A stretch of 64,000 nt of DNA. Source: Vitrella brassicaformis CCMP3155. Taxonomy: Eukaryota > Protista > Chromerida. The stretch is from contig CDMY01000738.1 of assembly GCA_001179505.1 (NCBI GenBank), forward strand, positions 124,001 to 188,000. The letters run 5' to 3'. The notes below the pieces were generated by a model. That model saw nothing but the letters and a program-made list of their open reading frames with translations. It had not been told where the DNA came from and made no database searches. Below are positions 1 through 10,856 of the stretch, one piece after another. A program made the translations under genes and the position numbers. How positions within the stretch are numbered: the first letter of the stretch is position 1; the number at the start of each line of letters is the position of its first letter.

Positions 1-278
1 GAGGGACTGAGAGAGGGTGGATGGATGGATGGATGACCACATCGCTGCACATAAATAGAAAAAGACGCACGGAGGAACAATTTGCGGCCGCGCCACCGAC
101 TGGGCGGGCCGCCAATCCCTCACCTACCCAATAGCATGTATACCTGTAGGGGAAAGGGAGACAGACAGGCAGACAGACAGAGCCTGGCAATCAGGCAGGC
201 TGGGCGGCTGACGCATCCGTCAGTCAATCTCTCACAGCGGATACACGCAACACGCAACATGTAACTACACTTTTACGC

Positions 279-578
279 NNNNNNNNNNNNNNNNNNNNNN
301 NNNNNNNNNNNNNNNNNNNNNNNNNNNNNNNNNNNNNNNNNNNNNNNNNNNNNNNNNNNNNNNNNNNNNNNNNNNNNNNNNNNNNNNNNNNNNNNNNNNN
401 NNNNNNNNNNNNNNNNNNNNNNNNNNNNNNNNNNNNNNNNNNNNNNNNNNNNNNNNNNNNNNNNNNNNNNNNNNNNNNNNNNNNNNNNNNNNNNNNNNNN
501 NNNNNNNNNNNNNNNNNNNNNNNNNNNNNNNNNNNNNNNNNNNNNNNNNNNNNNNNNNNNNNNNNNNNNNNNNNNNNN
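279..578. other. Assembly gap (300 N)
   Basis: Run of N characters; ORFs spanning it are artefacts. Confidence 0.99.
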
Positions 579-1426
579 GCCCTTGAGCGAGTCTCACCGG
601 CACACACGTGTGTGCGCTGCCCTGTGACGCACCGACGCACGCAAAAAGACCGCCGAAACGGCGCTCTCGCCCTCCCCTCCTTCCCCGCACACAAACCCAC
701 CATTTCCCACCTTTGGGCGTGCCAGGCAGGCAGGCACCACACGCAGCCGGCGAAGACCAATTCGTTCTCTCATTTCATTTCATTCACCACCACACATGAG
801 TGAGGGAAAAAAGAGCGTGAGGAAAGACATGGATGGGGTCATCTCTCCGGAGGGAGAGAGAGAGAGAGAGAGAGGATGACCATGGCACGGCAGTCAGGCA
901 GCCACAGACGAGGCACGGCGAGCAATGCGGGCCGGGCTCTACCTGTCTGGGCGGCTCAAGGCAGCGGTAAGCTAGTATACATGAGCCAGGCCCCAGACGC
1001 ACACTCAATGACCCGCCCATCCGCCCACCGGCCCACCTCGCCAATTAATTGAAGTACTGGACTGACAAACAGCAGCGAAGAAAGTGAGTGGCTGACTCAC
1101 TCACAACAATACGCACCCACCCTCCCTCCCCCCCATCTGTCCATCCACCCACCCATGCCACGTCCAGGTCTCTCTGAGGCGGACGGGCGGCAAACGCCAC
1201 ACAACACAGCCGACAATACCCTCCCCCACCCCTCCCTCCCCGATATTGCTCATCGTTCCACAAGCCATCTGCCCTTCGTCAGCACGCCCACAGAGAGAGA
1301 TGTAGAGCACGATTGCAGCACGGCCCAGCAGCCACACCCGTAGCAAGATGCAGCCGGGACCGTGAGTGCATCGCAGCTCAGGTCTTTATGTGGACGGCTG
1401 TTAGCGACTGAATTCCTCCGACTCAA

Positions 1427-3317
1427 TTAGATATATAGAGTGGGTTGGTCTCTCCTCCTTGTTGATGGTGATGCTGACGTTGCTGTTGGGTGGCTGGCGG
1501 CTGGTGCTGGTGTGGGTGTTGGTGTAGGGTGGAATGGCTGGTCCATCGACGGGTAGTAAGCTCCACGTGTGTCGTTGAGGGGGATCATCCACCTGTTGCA
1601 ACACACACACACACACACACACAGATACAAGGGGACGGTGGGTACCGCTGTGTGGGTGAGGGCGTGTGTGTCGCTTACACATGGTCCATGTTGCCGATGA
1701 AGAGGTAGTTGTTGTTCCAGCCACCGAAAGACAAATTCGACACTTGAGCTGCCGTTCACACAAACCAATCACACAAACAGCACATGTGTGTGCAGATAGC
1801 AGATTGCGCGTCTCAGTGAGCTGCCGTTGCTCACTTCCAGTGTAGAATTTGCCGAGCAGCCGTCCGTCCGGTGCGAAGACCTGCACGCCATCGCCCGCCC
1901 CAACGTACAGCCGTCCCATGGTGTCGACCTTGATGCCGTCTGGGATGCCCCACTTGTTGTCAGGCGATTCCACTACACACACACACACGGCAGACAGGCA
2001 CGTGTGTGAAGGTTTCTGCCCTGGCTGCGAGTCTCTTGTGTGCGTACCGACAACGAGGACATCCCCGCCGATGAGCGTCCTGTTGTTGACGACGTCGAAC
2101 ACACGAATGTGGTGCGGCCGCTTTGGATCGATGGTCACGGGCGAGCAGTGAATCGCACCTGGAGGGAGACCACACAGACAGACGGGCACAGACAGTGGCA
2201 TTGGAGAAAGAGCCAGCCATGTGGCAGTACGCCAACGTACCCGAGTCGACAATGTACATCTTGGTGTAGTCCGGTGAGAAGGCCAGGCCGTTCGGGCGGT
2301 CGAAGTCGTCGGCCACCACGTGCATCTCGCCTGTCCTCGGGTCAAACCGGTACCTGATCCCATAAACACATATAGCGACCACCAGTCAGTCCATCTGTTG
2401 TTGGAATGTGCACGTGAGTGAGCCCTTACACGAAGTTCGGCAGCGCGGGGCAGTTTGCCTGTGGGAACTGCGCACACCCGTACTCAGGATCGGTGAACCT
2501 GACACACGCACACCCAGAGAGAGCGAACCGATAAGTATTGGAACGGCGGCAGCGCAGGTCAATGTGCCGTTGTCACCATATGGATCCGTCTGGATGCGCC
2601 ACCAGGTCATTTGGCGAGTTGAGGGGGAATCCTCGGTAGGAATCGACCAGCGTCTGCACATTCGTCGGGTCGTGCAGGGGCGCGTACGCTATCCTGCGAC
2701 CTGCACACACACACCCCGCCCACACAAAGCGCGAAAGGCCGCATCAACCACATCATCACACCCGCCCTCTCCACTCTCTGCCTCTCTTACCCGTTGTTTC
2801 AGCGGTGAGGAGGTAGGATCCCACAATGAGCTGCCCGTTGGCGTGTGACGAGGGCGACCTGAAGACGGAGAAGGTCTCGTCTGACCAGGGGGTGGGGAAG
2901 CTGATGATCGAGTCCAGCTGCCGCTGCGTGGGGCAGTTGCCGTCCGTCAGCAGCAGCCGGTCAAAATAGGGGTCGAAAACCAGACCCTCCGAACGCATGT
3001 CCTCCTCAAAGCCAACATGCCTGACACACACACAGGGACAGTCACAGTCACATCATCGATGGCGATGGTGTGCTTTCCTGCGCGTCTGGGTGGCTCTTTC
3101 CCCTTAAGCAGTGTATCTGTCTGGCTGTCCCCTTCCCTGTGATGCCCGTTGTGGCTCACCTCATGCACTCCTCGCCCACGATTTCCGAGAACTCGGGATC
3201 TATGGCGATCATCTTGCACAAACTACCGAACAAGGCGCTCTCACCGGCTGCCCACGCTGCCCTCAGCGCAACAGCGACCACCACATAGGGCAGCCAACGC
3301 CACACACATCTCTCCAT
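1427..3317 (-). CDS. Secreted SMP-30/gluconolactonase/LRE-family beta-propeller hydrolase, multi-exon
   Basis: Spliced translation gives N-terminal hydrophobic MERCVWRWLPYVVVAVALRAAWA, then SEGLVFD, LNSPNDLVAHPDGSIWFTDPEYG, YRFDPRTGEMHVVADDFDRPNGLAFSPD, GIPDGIKVDTMGRLYV, VSNLSFGG and a Pro/Thr tail. These match the metal-ligand motifs of the family. Confidence 0.92.
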
Positions 3318-3394
3318 CACTCACAGCGCTAATCTGAAAAGCTGACGCGTCAGACGTGCTTGGGGAAGCACAAATTCGATACTGTTCGAACGAT

Positions 3395-4286
3395 ATGGTG
3401 TCCGATGAGGACGATGCCGAGCCAACGAGACTCCGAAAGCGTTTCTCTCAAGGTAGAATCCAAGCTCGCGTGGGGGGTGTTCCCCTTTCATGGGGGGAGC
3501 CTCCCGTCTCACTCTTTCAGGTATGCACATTTTACATTTCCACATTGGCAGAGGTCCCTGATGCGCCACAGGAGACGGCGAGAATTGGGGACAGGAGACG
3601 GAGATATTTTTTTTCCACGCCAACGTGCGAATTCATCTTCCTCAGCTTCTCTGCAACCTCATTCAAGACGGATGGCTCCACTGTGAGTCCAGGCCACACC
3701 TGAGCACCCGCGTCCAGCCATCATATGGACGGCTGGAGGTGATGCCGCTGCTGTCGTGGCCAAGACGCTATCCGATGCGACATCAACGCCCTTCGCCGAG
3801 AGGAACTGTTGATGCTCAACAAGCACCTGAACGGCGACGGCACCATCAAGGACAAGGACACGCACAAGAAGGACTTCGCGGCGAGGCTCAGGCTCTATGG
3901 CTACTCCCAGAGGTACAGGTACACACTGTTGGTAGACCAGTGTGTGCATCCATGCGGTTGTGCTTTGTGTGTGGCATGGTGACACCCGACCATCGTAAAA
4001 TCTGTGAGAAGGATGACGAACGCAGTGGGTGCAGCCTGTGCTCGGCTTCCTGCCTATCTTGTTGGGCGGTGGCGGCGGTGGTCACAATGGGGGAAATGGT
4101 GGCGGTGCTGAGGACGCCGTCATGGATCGGTGAGAGAGAGTGAGGGATGCGGTCGCTGCGTGTGAGGGGAAATGCACCTGTGTGTGTTGGTGTTTGTGTT
4201 TCTGTATGCGTTGTTGGTGCAGTGAGGGTGGCGAGGAGGGCGGCGGTGATAACAATGAGGACACCGAGATGGAGGAGTGGGTGTGA
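3395..4286 (+). pseudogene. Hypothetical multi-exon gene with in-frame TGA (3559-3561), probably decayed
   Basis: Splice-phase-consistent exons MVSDEDDAEPTRLRKRFSQ / GMHILHFHIGRGP*CATGDG...DGWLH / YAIRCDINALRREELLMLNKHLNGDG...YGYSQ / Gly-acidic tail. One acceptor looks degenerate (AAG). Confidence 0.45.
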
Positions 4287-4589
4287 CGTAATGTCACTCG
4301 TGCACACAAGTCACTGTTTTGCGTTCGCCATGTGTGCGTATGTGTGTTAGCTGCTGCTGCGCACGAGGTGGGCCAGGCCGCGATACCAATATCTTACCTC
4401 CGCCTCTTTCCTATGTCGGCGGGAAAGCCGGCCTGACGGAGTGCGGCGATATCATTCAATCGGCAAAATACCTATCGGCGGAGAAAACATGGGAGTCATG
4501 ATGGGACCCCAGCCCTGAAATGGTCAGGAGAAAGGCGAGCACTTTATGCGCATCTGTCCATCTGCCGCTTCCATTTAGGAGGGGCTACC

Positions 4590-5210
4590 ACTACTCCTCA
4601 AAACATACGTGGAGCTTCACTCCCCAGACACAACGTCGACAGGCGTGACGAGGCTATCACCATCCTCCAAAGAAGGCATCTGAAGAAGTAAGGAGAGCAA
4701 AGGGGCTCCCTCGCCCTTCACAAGCGTTGCCGCTCTTTCTGTCGCTCTTGTCGTTTAGTCCGGCAAAGTTGCGTGCGTGGATGTTTGGGAGGGGTGATGT
4801 TAGCGACTCCAAGCTCGGCAGACACCTACAGACTCACAGAAAAAACAGAGAACCTCAGTGTCTGTGGGCCCTACTGGTGAATCACTGCTACGAAGACGTA
4901 TGCGCCATCATCGAAGGTGAAGGTGAGCAGGCTTTAAGTTTCATCGCGTTTGTGTTCACAGAATGGCCTTTTGTGTTTGCAGGGCCGATCACATTATTGA
5001 TATATAGAGTGAGACATCAGTAGGGTGGTGGTGTACTGCGTGGCGGCCGTCGGGCTATAGGACTTGAGGCGAGGAAGGCGTGGTTGCAGGTCAGCAGACG
5101 TCAAGCAACCATTCACCATCCACCTGCCTTGCTTGTGTCTCACAGCGCTACAAATCAGAGAACGCCTCGACGTGGCAGCAAGATGTTCTGGCCCTAATAG
5201 GGGACCAGCC
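4590..5210 (+). pseudogene. Degenerate exon remnants of an unknown gene
   Basis: Coding-like segments (NVDRRDEAITILQRRHLK; LWALLVNHCYEDVCAIIEGE; RYKSENASTWQQDVLALIGDQP) bounded by GT/AG, with an internal TAG. Confidence 0.3.
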
Positions 5211-6205
5211 TACGTAAGACCTGTAGCATAGTTATTCTCGTTTGCTTTGCATAGATACAAACCCTGTACCCTGGCAAATGTCTCCGATCTGCCACAGAAC
5301 AGGTAGGCCGAGAGAGGAGAGAAAGAGATAGCGCGCGCAGATTGCTTTGTCTGCCACAGCGACAACGGTTGACAGAGAAGCCGGCAGGAGATAGAGGAGG
5401 ATCTGTTTGGTGACAACCCGTGAGCAGAAACATACAAACGAATGCAGCCATCTACTGTGGTCTCTGTCAGGTTGCTAGTCCCTGATCCGTCGGCTCCAAA
5501 CCATCTGCCGACGCGCCGCTCGTCGCGCCGGCGCTCATCCAAGCGGTAGAGTGTCATCTACCGTAGACGCAGCAAACAGCCGCGCTCCAACATGCCCGAA
5601 GAAAGACTCGCGAGCAACCGACAGAGCAAAGGTGCGAGTGCGCAAGCATTTGCCACTCCATGTCTCGACTTCTCTCCCTTGTCATATCAGTCGCGTTTGG
5701 CGACAACGTCAGCCACGAGAGAGGGAGCGATCTTCTTGGTGGGTGATGCGTCTTCTTGTCAGATACAGATGAACGATCCGAATTCGCGTTCGTGAGTGCA
5801 CAACGGCGCGGTGTTTAATACGGCCCGGTAAGGAAGGAGCGCATGGAGAGATGAGAAGCAGCCATACTCTCGGTGCAATGGGCGGATGGGAGTGCCGTGT
5901 GTGCTGCAGACAGCTTGCAAAGCGCATGCTTGCCACCCAGACCAGGAGTGCTCCGCAATCGCCCGAAAGGCTCGGCACCACGACACTTTGCAGCGAGGTA
6001 GATAAAATCGATGCATGTGATGTGACGCCTTATGTATCTGTGTGTAAGTATCTGTGTAGGTCAGGCTCCGTCTCTGCGCCGCCCCACACAGGTACCTCAT
6101 GTCTGTGAGTGTCAACTTCCAAGTCGTCACACATATGCGTCATGGAACATGTTTGGCAGCGTGAGCTCAAGGGATCTCGAGGAAGAGCGGACGGGTTTTT
6201 CTCTC

Positions 6206-6226
6206 AATCGCCGCCTACATTTTATA
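6206..6226. promoter_or_regulatory. Copy 1 of local ~22-bp motif AAT[CG]GC[CT]GCCT[AT]CATT(T)TATAT
   Basis: aatcgccgcctacatttatat; near-identical copies at 7233 and 9001; reads ATATAAA(A)TG (TATA-like) on the minus strand. Confidence 0.4.
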
Positions 6227-6349
6227 TTTGTGGCTCGTGTCTCCGGCTGGCCCGCAACCGAAGCCTCACGAGCAGTATGTGATCATCAACGAGCCACGCG
6301 TATTCCCCGGCGCAGCGAGTGACAAGGGCCACAGAGGATGGCAGCCGAG

Positions 6350-6853
6350 GCGATTGGAAGCTTCTCCAAGCCACTGAGGGGCAAAGCACGCATTAAGGTG
6401 GTAGTGGAGGGGCAAAAAGGCCGTGGAATTGTTTGCACTCTGGGAGGTGGATCTGTGTGCAGAGCACTCCTTCACTGTGTGACGAGCGACGCCTCTTCAA
6501 GAAGATCGGAAAGCCAGGGACCGCCAAAGCACGGTACAATCTGAGCAGCAGAGCACCGTCGATGGCACTGAAGGCGACGACACCATACCCCGAACGAGAA
6601 GACCGAGAGGCACCGAGGGCGCCCCAAGAGGTTTGAGCTACCTGGACAACACCGGGCGCATCACCAACATCAAGAACTTCAAAGCTTGGGCGCAGAATGT
6701 CAGAGGCGACCAGGATCAGGTGAGGACAAAGGAAATGGGTGATATGGGTGGGACAGGGCGACGCTCACCGTTGTGTGTTTGCTTGTATGCAGATCTCGAA
6801 TCTGGTCACGGCGGAGCGAGGCAGGGGAGGAGGGAGACGAGGATAGTAAGTCC
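6350..6853 (+). pseudogene. Frameshifted remnant of an unknown gene
   Basis: Exon-like pieces LCDERRLFKKIGKPGTAKARYNLS and GLSYLDNTGRITNIKNFKAWAQNVRGDQDQ lie in different frames and have GT-AG boundaries. Confidence 0.3.
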
Positions 6854-7232
6854 CGTCTGCCATTCCGGCGGGCCTTTCCCTGGTACGCACGAACAAGAGA
6901 GAAAACCCAGTGAGAGAATGGACGGGCAGACATGACGGACGGGTGAGGGCCTGGCACCATACACGTGCTGCGTCTTTTCTTTGTTGTGTTCCAGTGACAC
7001 GTTTGATCCGCTCAGGGTACTACGCGTTCGACGCCCACACGAGATGTGTCAGCGAGACGGGAGAGGGACATGATGGGGGGCCGCTGGGGACGACCTGGCG
7101 ATGCGTGAACATCTGACTGCGTGTGCGTGCACGCTGGCTGGCGGTGTCCGCTGGTGTAGGAATGAGAGAGAACAAATCCAATGAGACATGGGGGCCTTTC
7201 GCATTGTCTGTGTCTCCTTTATCAGGCGCCCG

Positions 7233-7254
7233 AATCGCTGCCTTCATTTTATAT
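7233..7254. promoter_or_regulatory. Copy 2 of local ~22-bp motif
   Basis: aatcgctgccttcattttatat. Confidence 0.4.
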
Positions 7255-7313
7255 CGGCTGAGAGTGTAGAGAAGCGACGGACGTGTTGAGCGTGTTTCGT
7301 TTCCATCATCAAT

Positions 7314-8770
7314 TTGATGGCGGAGACACACGTATCCGATATCTTGAGCACGAAGTGGACCGTGAGCACACACACGATACACAACATACACATGGAGATA
7401 CTAACCTTTCCCTCTTTGTGTATCTGGTGTATGTGGTTCCTTTCTGTCTGTCAGTATGAGTGGCTGTGCATCCACACACTCATCCCCATCTGGGCCCCCC
7501 AGCTGTGCCCCGAGCTGCGCACTCCGCTGCACGTGTGGACCAAGTGCCGCATCGTGCCCATCTGCCGCCTCATCCAGGCCGCACCCGGCCAGCCGCTCAT
7601 CAACAACGGGGCCGTGAGCCTCTACCACTAAGGCGGCAGATAGCTGTTCGGCCTCACCAACGCGCAGCGGCAGGCATTGCTGCCGATGGGTATGGGTGCG
7701 TGACCCACACGCCCAATGCCCTGCAGCGACGCAATATGGCCACGGCACGGCTCGGTGGCAGTCAGGTGGACAACGCGTACAGGGCGTTCGTCCAGAATGT
7801 GATCAACACCTGCGCCCACCCGTAAGTGGCTGTGTTGCAGACACGGGGAGAGGGGAGGAAGGGCTGAGTGACGGCCACTCGTATAGTGTATGTGTGTGTA
7901 TGTGTGTGTGGATGCTTCAGGGGTCAGAGTTCGGTGTAGAAGTTGTGGACCAGGCGTACCTGCTGACGCACCCGGGGCAGTGTATGGGCCTCGTGTGTGC
8001 GCTGTTCGGGAAGCGCCGCATCAACGGCACCATCCCTGGCCAGCAAAACTTCACCGACGACCAGCTCGACTCCATCCTGGCCTAGTAAGCTCCCTGCACA
8101 CACACATCACCCTACAGCACAGCCCACCACACCGTATGGTGTGTGTATCATGATGTTCGTTGTCAGCCTGGAGGCGCACTGGCCGCCCGACCCGGATGGC
8201 GACCGTATCAGCCAGGCCATCGAGGTGTGTCACCAGGAGAGGCTGCGGCGCCCTCTTGGGCGGCTGCGGCTGTCCGACGACGTGAGGGAGACCGAGGTGA
8301 TAATGGGATACTAGTTGGTGCCAATCACCCCTTTGTAGTGCTGAAACACGGCACGGTCAGTGCACGTGCATACACACCCCTGATCGTATGGACGCACACG
8401 GCATGTGTGCTGTTTGCCTACACGTCAGCTGGCGTCATTTGGTGACCCGACCCTCCATCAGATCGTCCAAGGCCCCCCATTCGTCGGCGAGAGCAATCGC
8501 CAGAGGGCAGAGCGGTACTTCACTGGAAAAGTAAGTGCCAGCAGTGTCTCTATACTGTGTGTGTACTTCGTGTGTTGCGGGATGTCGACACGGCAGACGC
8601 GAGCGTTGAGAAGCTGACCTGCCCGTCCAATCGTACATTCGTCGAGCGGGACTGGCGTTCTTGGCGATGGAACTGGCAGTTTTGGCGATGGGATTGGGGC
8701 CTCTGGCTATGGGGGCATGATGACGTTCCATCCGTCGAGGCGGCTGTTTCACCAAGCAATATCGGTGGGT
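7314..8770 (+). pseudogene. Multi-exon pseudogene of unknown family with several in-frame stops
   Basis: GC3-rich exons (YEWLCIHTLIPIWAPQLCPELRTPLHVW...; GSEFGVEVVDQAYLLTHPGQCMG...; YLEAHWPPDPDGDRISQAIE...; LASFGDPTLHQIVQGPPFVGESNRQRAERYF) interrupted by TAA 7629, TAG 7641, TAG 8312, TAG 8336, TGA 8342. Phases around 7690-7920 are unresolved. Confidence 0.6.
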
Positions 8771-9000
8771 GACGAGTCTGGACCGGGGTTGGTAGGCGCA
8801 TTGGAGAGGCTGAGGCGGTCGGTCGGTTGCTTAGTTGGTCCGTCAGTGTACACAGATGTGTGTTAGGTGGGGGAGTAGATTGACTGGCTGGCATGAGTGG
8901 TTGGGATAAAAGAAGCGCTGTCAGTGCCTGTCACTCACCACCCACAGACAGACAGACAGGCCGATGGGGAGGAATGGCGAGGCGGCTGTGTCCGGCGTGA

Positions 9001-9022
9001 AATGGCTGCCTACATTTTATAT
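9001..9022. promoter_or_regulatory. Copy 3 of local ~22-bp motif
   Basis: aatggctgcctacattttatat. Confidence 0.4.
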
Positions 9023-9429
9023 TGGCCGATTTGTGTCTCAATCCTTCCGCCTGTATCTGATCTGATCTGCCTGTCTCTCCCGTCAAGTTGCCCAGCTTCG
9101 GCAGCGTACATCCTATGGTTCGCCGCATGTGAGGTGCCAAGAGAGTTTAGGGTATGCACATACGTACCACACGAGTGAATGGCCATGCGATGCGATGGTG
9201 CGTGTCTCTCATGCAGGGAATGTCGTAGGCGGATAGATTTGCAGTCAAGGATGAGCGCCAAGAAAGGAGGGCCCCAAAGCAAGGAAAAAAGAGAGGTCGC
9301 TCGCGCCGTGAGGACAATTTAGGAGACACACAAGAAGGGTAAGGTAGATGATACTTCACAAGTAAGTCCTCTGTTAGAGAGACACACTGTAACACACAAA
9401 ACGACAGACACTCTGTCCATGTGTCTAGG

Positions 9430-10856
9430 AAGGAAACCATTGGCGTGCTCAATCCGATGCTTCAGGGCGAGAATGGCAAGCCATGAAACTGGACTATGTG
9501 CCATGACGACCAGTGGGTGAATGGTGAACCAACGGATGAGCGACTAATCTGTTGTGTACATGTGTTCATGTCAATGGTGTGCAGTGTCAGATTTCTGTCC
9601 AGAATGCGGCATTTCCTCTACGACATAAAGTGTCGAGTGAAAGGAACAGGCGAGAGGGAGCACTTTGACAACTGGCAAGAGACGAGGTGAAGAGGTACCT
9701 GTCACCGTGTGGTCACCGCCATGCCTTGCATGCCCCTCATGTCTCCTCTTACTGTCAGGATGTTGACAATGGAGCAGGCCAGATGGATGTTAGACACCAA
9801 TGGTCAGACTCAGACAGGTGAGACGACCCACGGTCTCAGTCGTTGATCCTTCGGATACACGGATAGATCTATGTACGCCATTGGTGATCATGCCCTCATT
9901 GTTGTCTGCCTGTCTGCCTGCCTTCCTGCCTGTGCTGATTCAGCGAGTCGGAGCCGACACACCTGTACGGACAACGGAAAACGGCGGAAAACGGATCACC
10001 CGCGTTTTGTCTTCGGCGCCGAGGAGAACTCGTTTGAGGTTTTCTCGGCGTTTGAGCGTCGATTGAGGAGCTACCATCCGCCCTCTATCGGCCCACGGCC
10101 CCAGGGCCATCCAATAAGCGCATTCTTTGCACATTTTGCCGCCCCTGCCCCGTTGCTCGACGTCCGAGCCCCTTCCCCACCCCCCCTATGGCCCGCCTGC
10201 CGGCGGACGCCGGCAAGATAGCGGCCCGATGCCTGGCGAGGGTCGCCAACCATCCAGATGCCTTCCCGCATCTGGACATGGTGACCAGCACTGGGATACG
10301 GCTGACGCCGGGCATTGTGTTTAAGGACTTCCGGAAGGCCTACCACCACCTGCTGTGGTTCGAGACCATCACGAAAACCTCCACGAAGCCGGGAGGGTCG
10401 CACACAGGGATGGGAGGGAGGGTGGATGGGATGGTCCAGGATGCGTTTGATGCATCTGTGCATCTGCCAATGTGTCTCTGGTGTGTTTGTGTGTGGGTCT
10501 TGTGTGTGGTGCAGTACACCGTGCTGCCCGAGTACTACATTCCTATCGTCACGCAGTACCTCCAGATGACCAACGACGAGTTGCGCACCACAGCAGAGTG
10601 GAATGTAAGCGCAGAAACGACGCACCAGGTACACACATGAATGCACTCTGATCACTCCCTCTGTGTGTGTCTGCTGTGTGTGGTTCCTTTCTGTCTGTCA
10701 TACGTGGCTCGTGTGACAAAAGTTGGGCGTGTGGGTTGGCGCTTCTGTTTTGTCTCAAATCAGAGATTTGAGCAGCATGGCAATTGGCTAGAGGCGGCCA
10801 GGCAGGAGAATGCTTGGCCGCTGCTATCATATCGGCCAGCAAGGGGATGTGCGACT
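9430..10856 (+). pseudogene. Decayed multi-exon gene, truncated at the start of repeat block A
   Basis: Exons RMRHFLYDIKCRVKG..., RFVFGAEENSFEVFSAFERRLRSY..., MARLPADAGKIAARCLARVANHPDAF...WFETITK, YTVLPEYYIPIVTQYLQM. In-frame TGA at 9484 and an apparent frameshift at the C-run near 10180. Confidence 0.45.

Noticed and set aside
224-760. ORFs crossing the N gap
   Set aside because: Artefacts of translating Ns.
7314-8770. Stop-codon reassignment (TAA/TAG = Gln, TGA = Trp or Arg) explaining in-frame stops
   Set aside because: Well-conserved genes in the same window have no internal stops and end on TAG (LAP, CYB5D1) or TGA (SBP-vWA); stops are confined to decayed or accessory genes.
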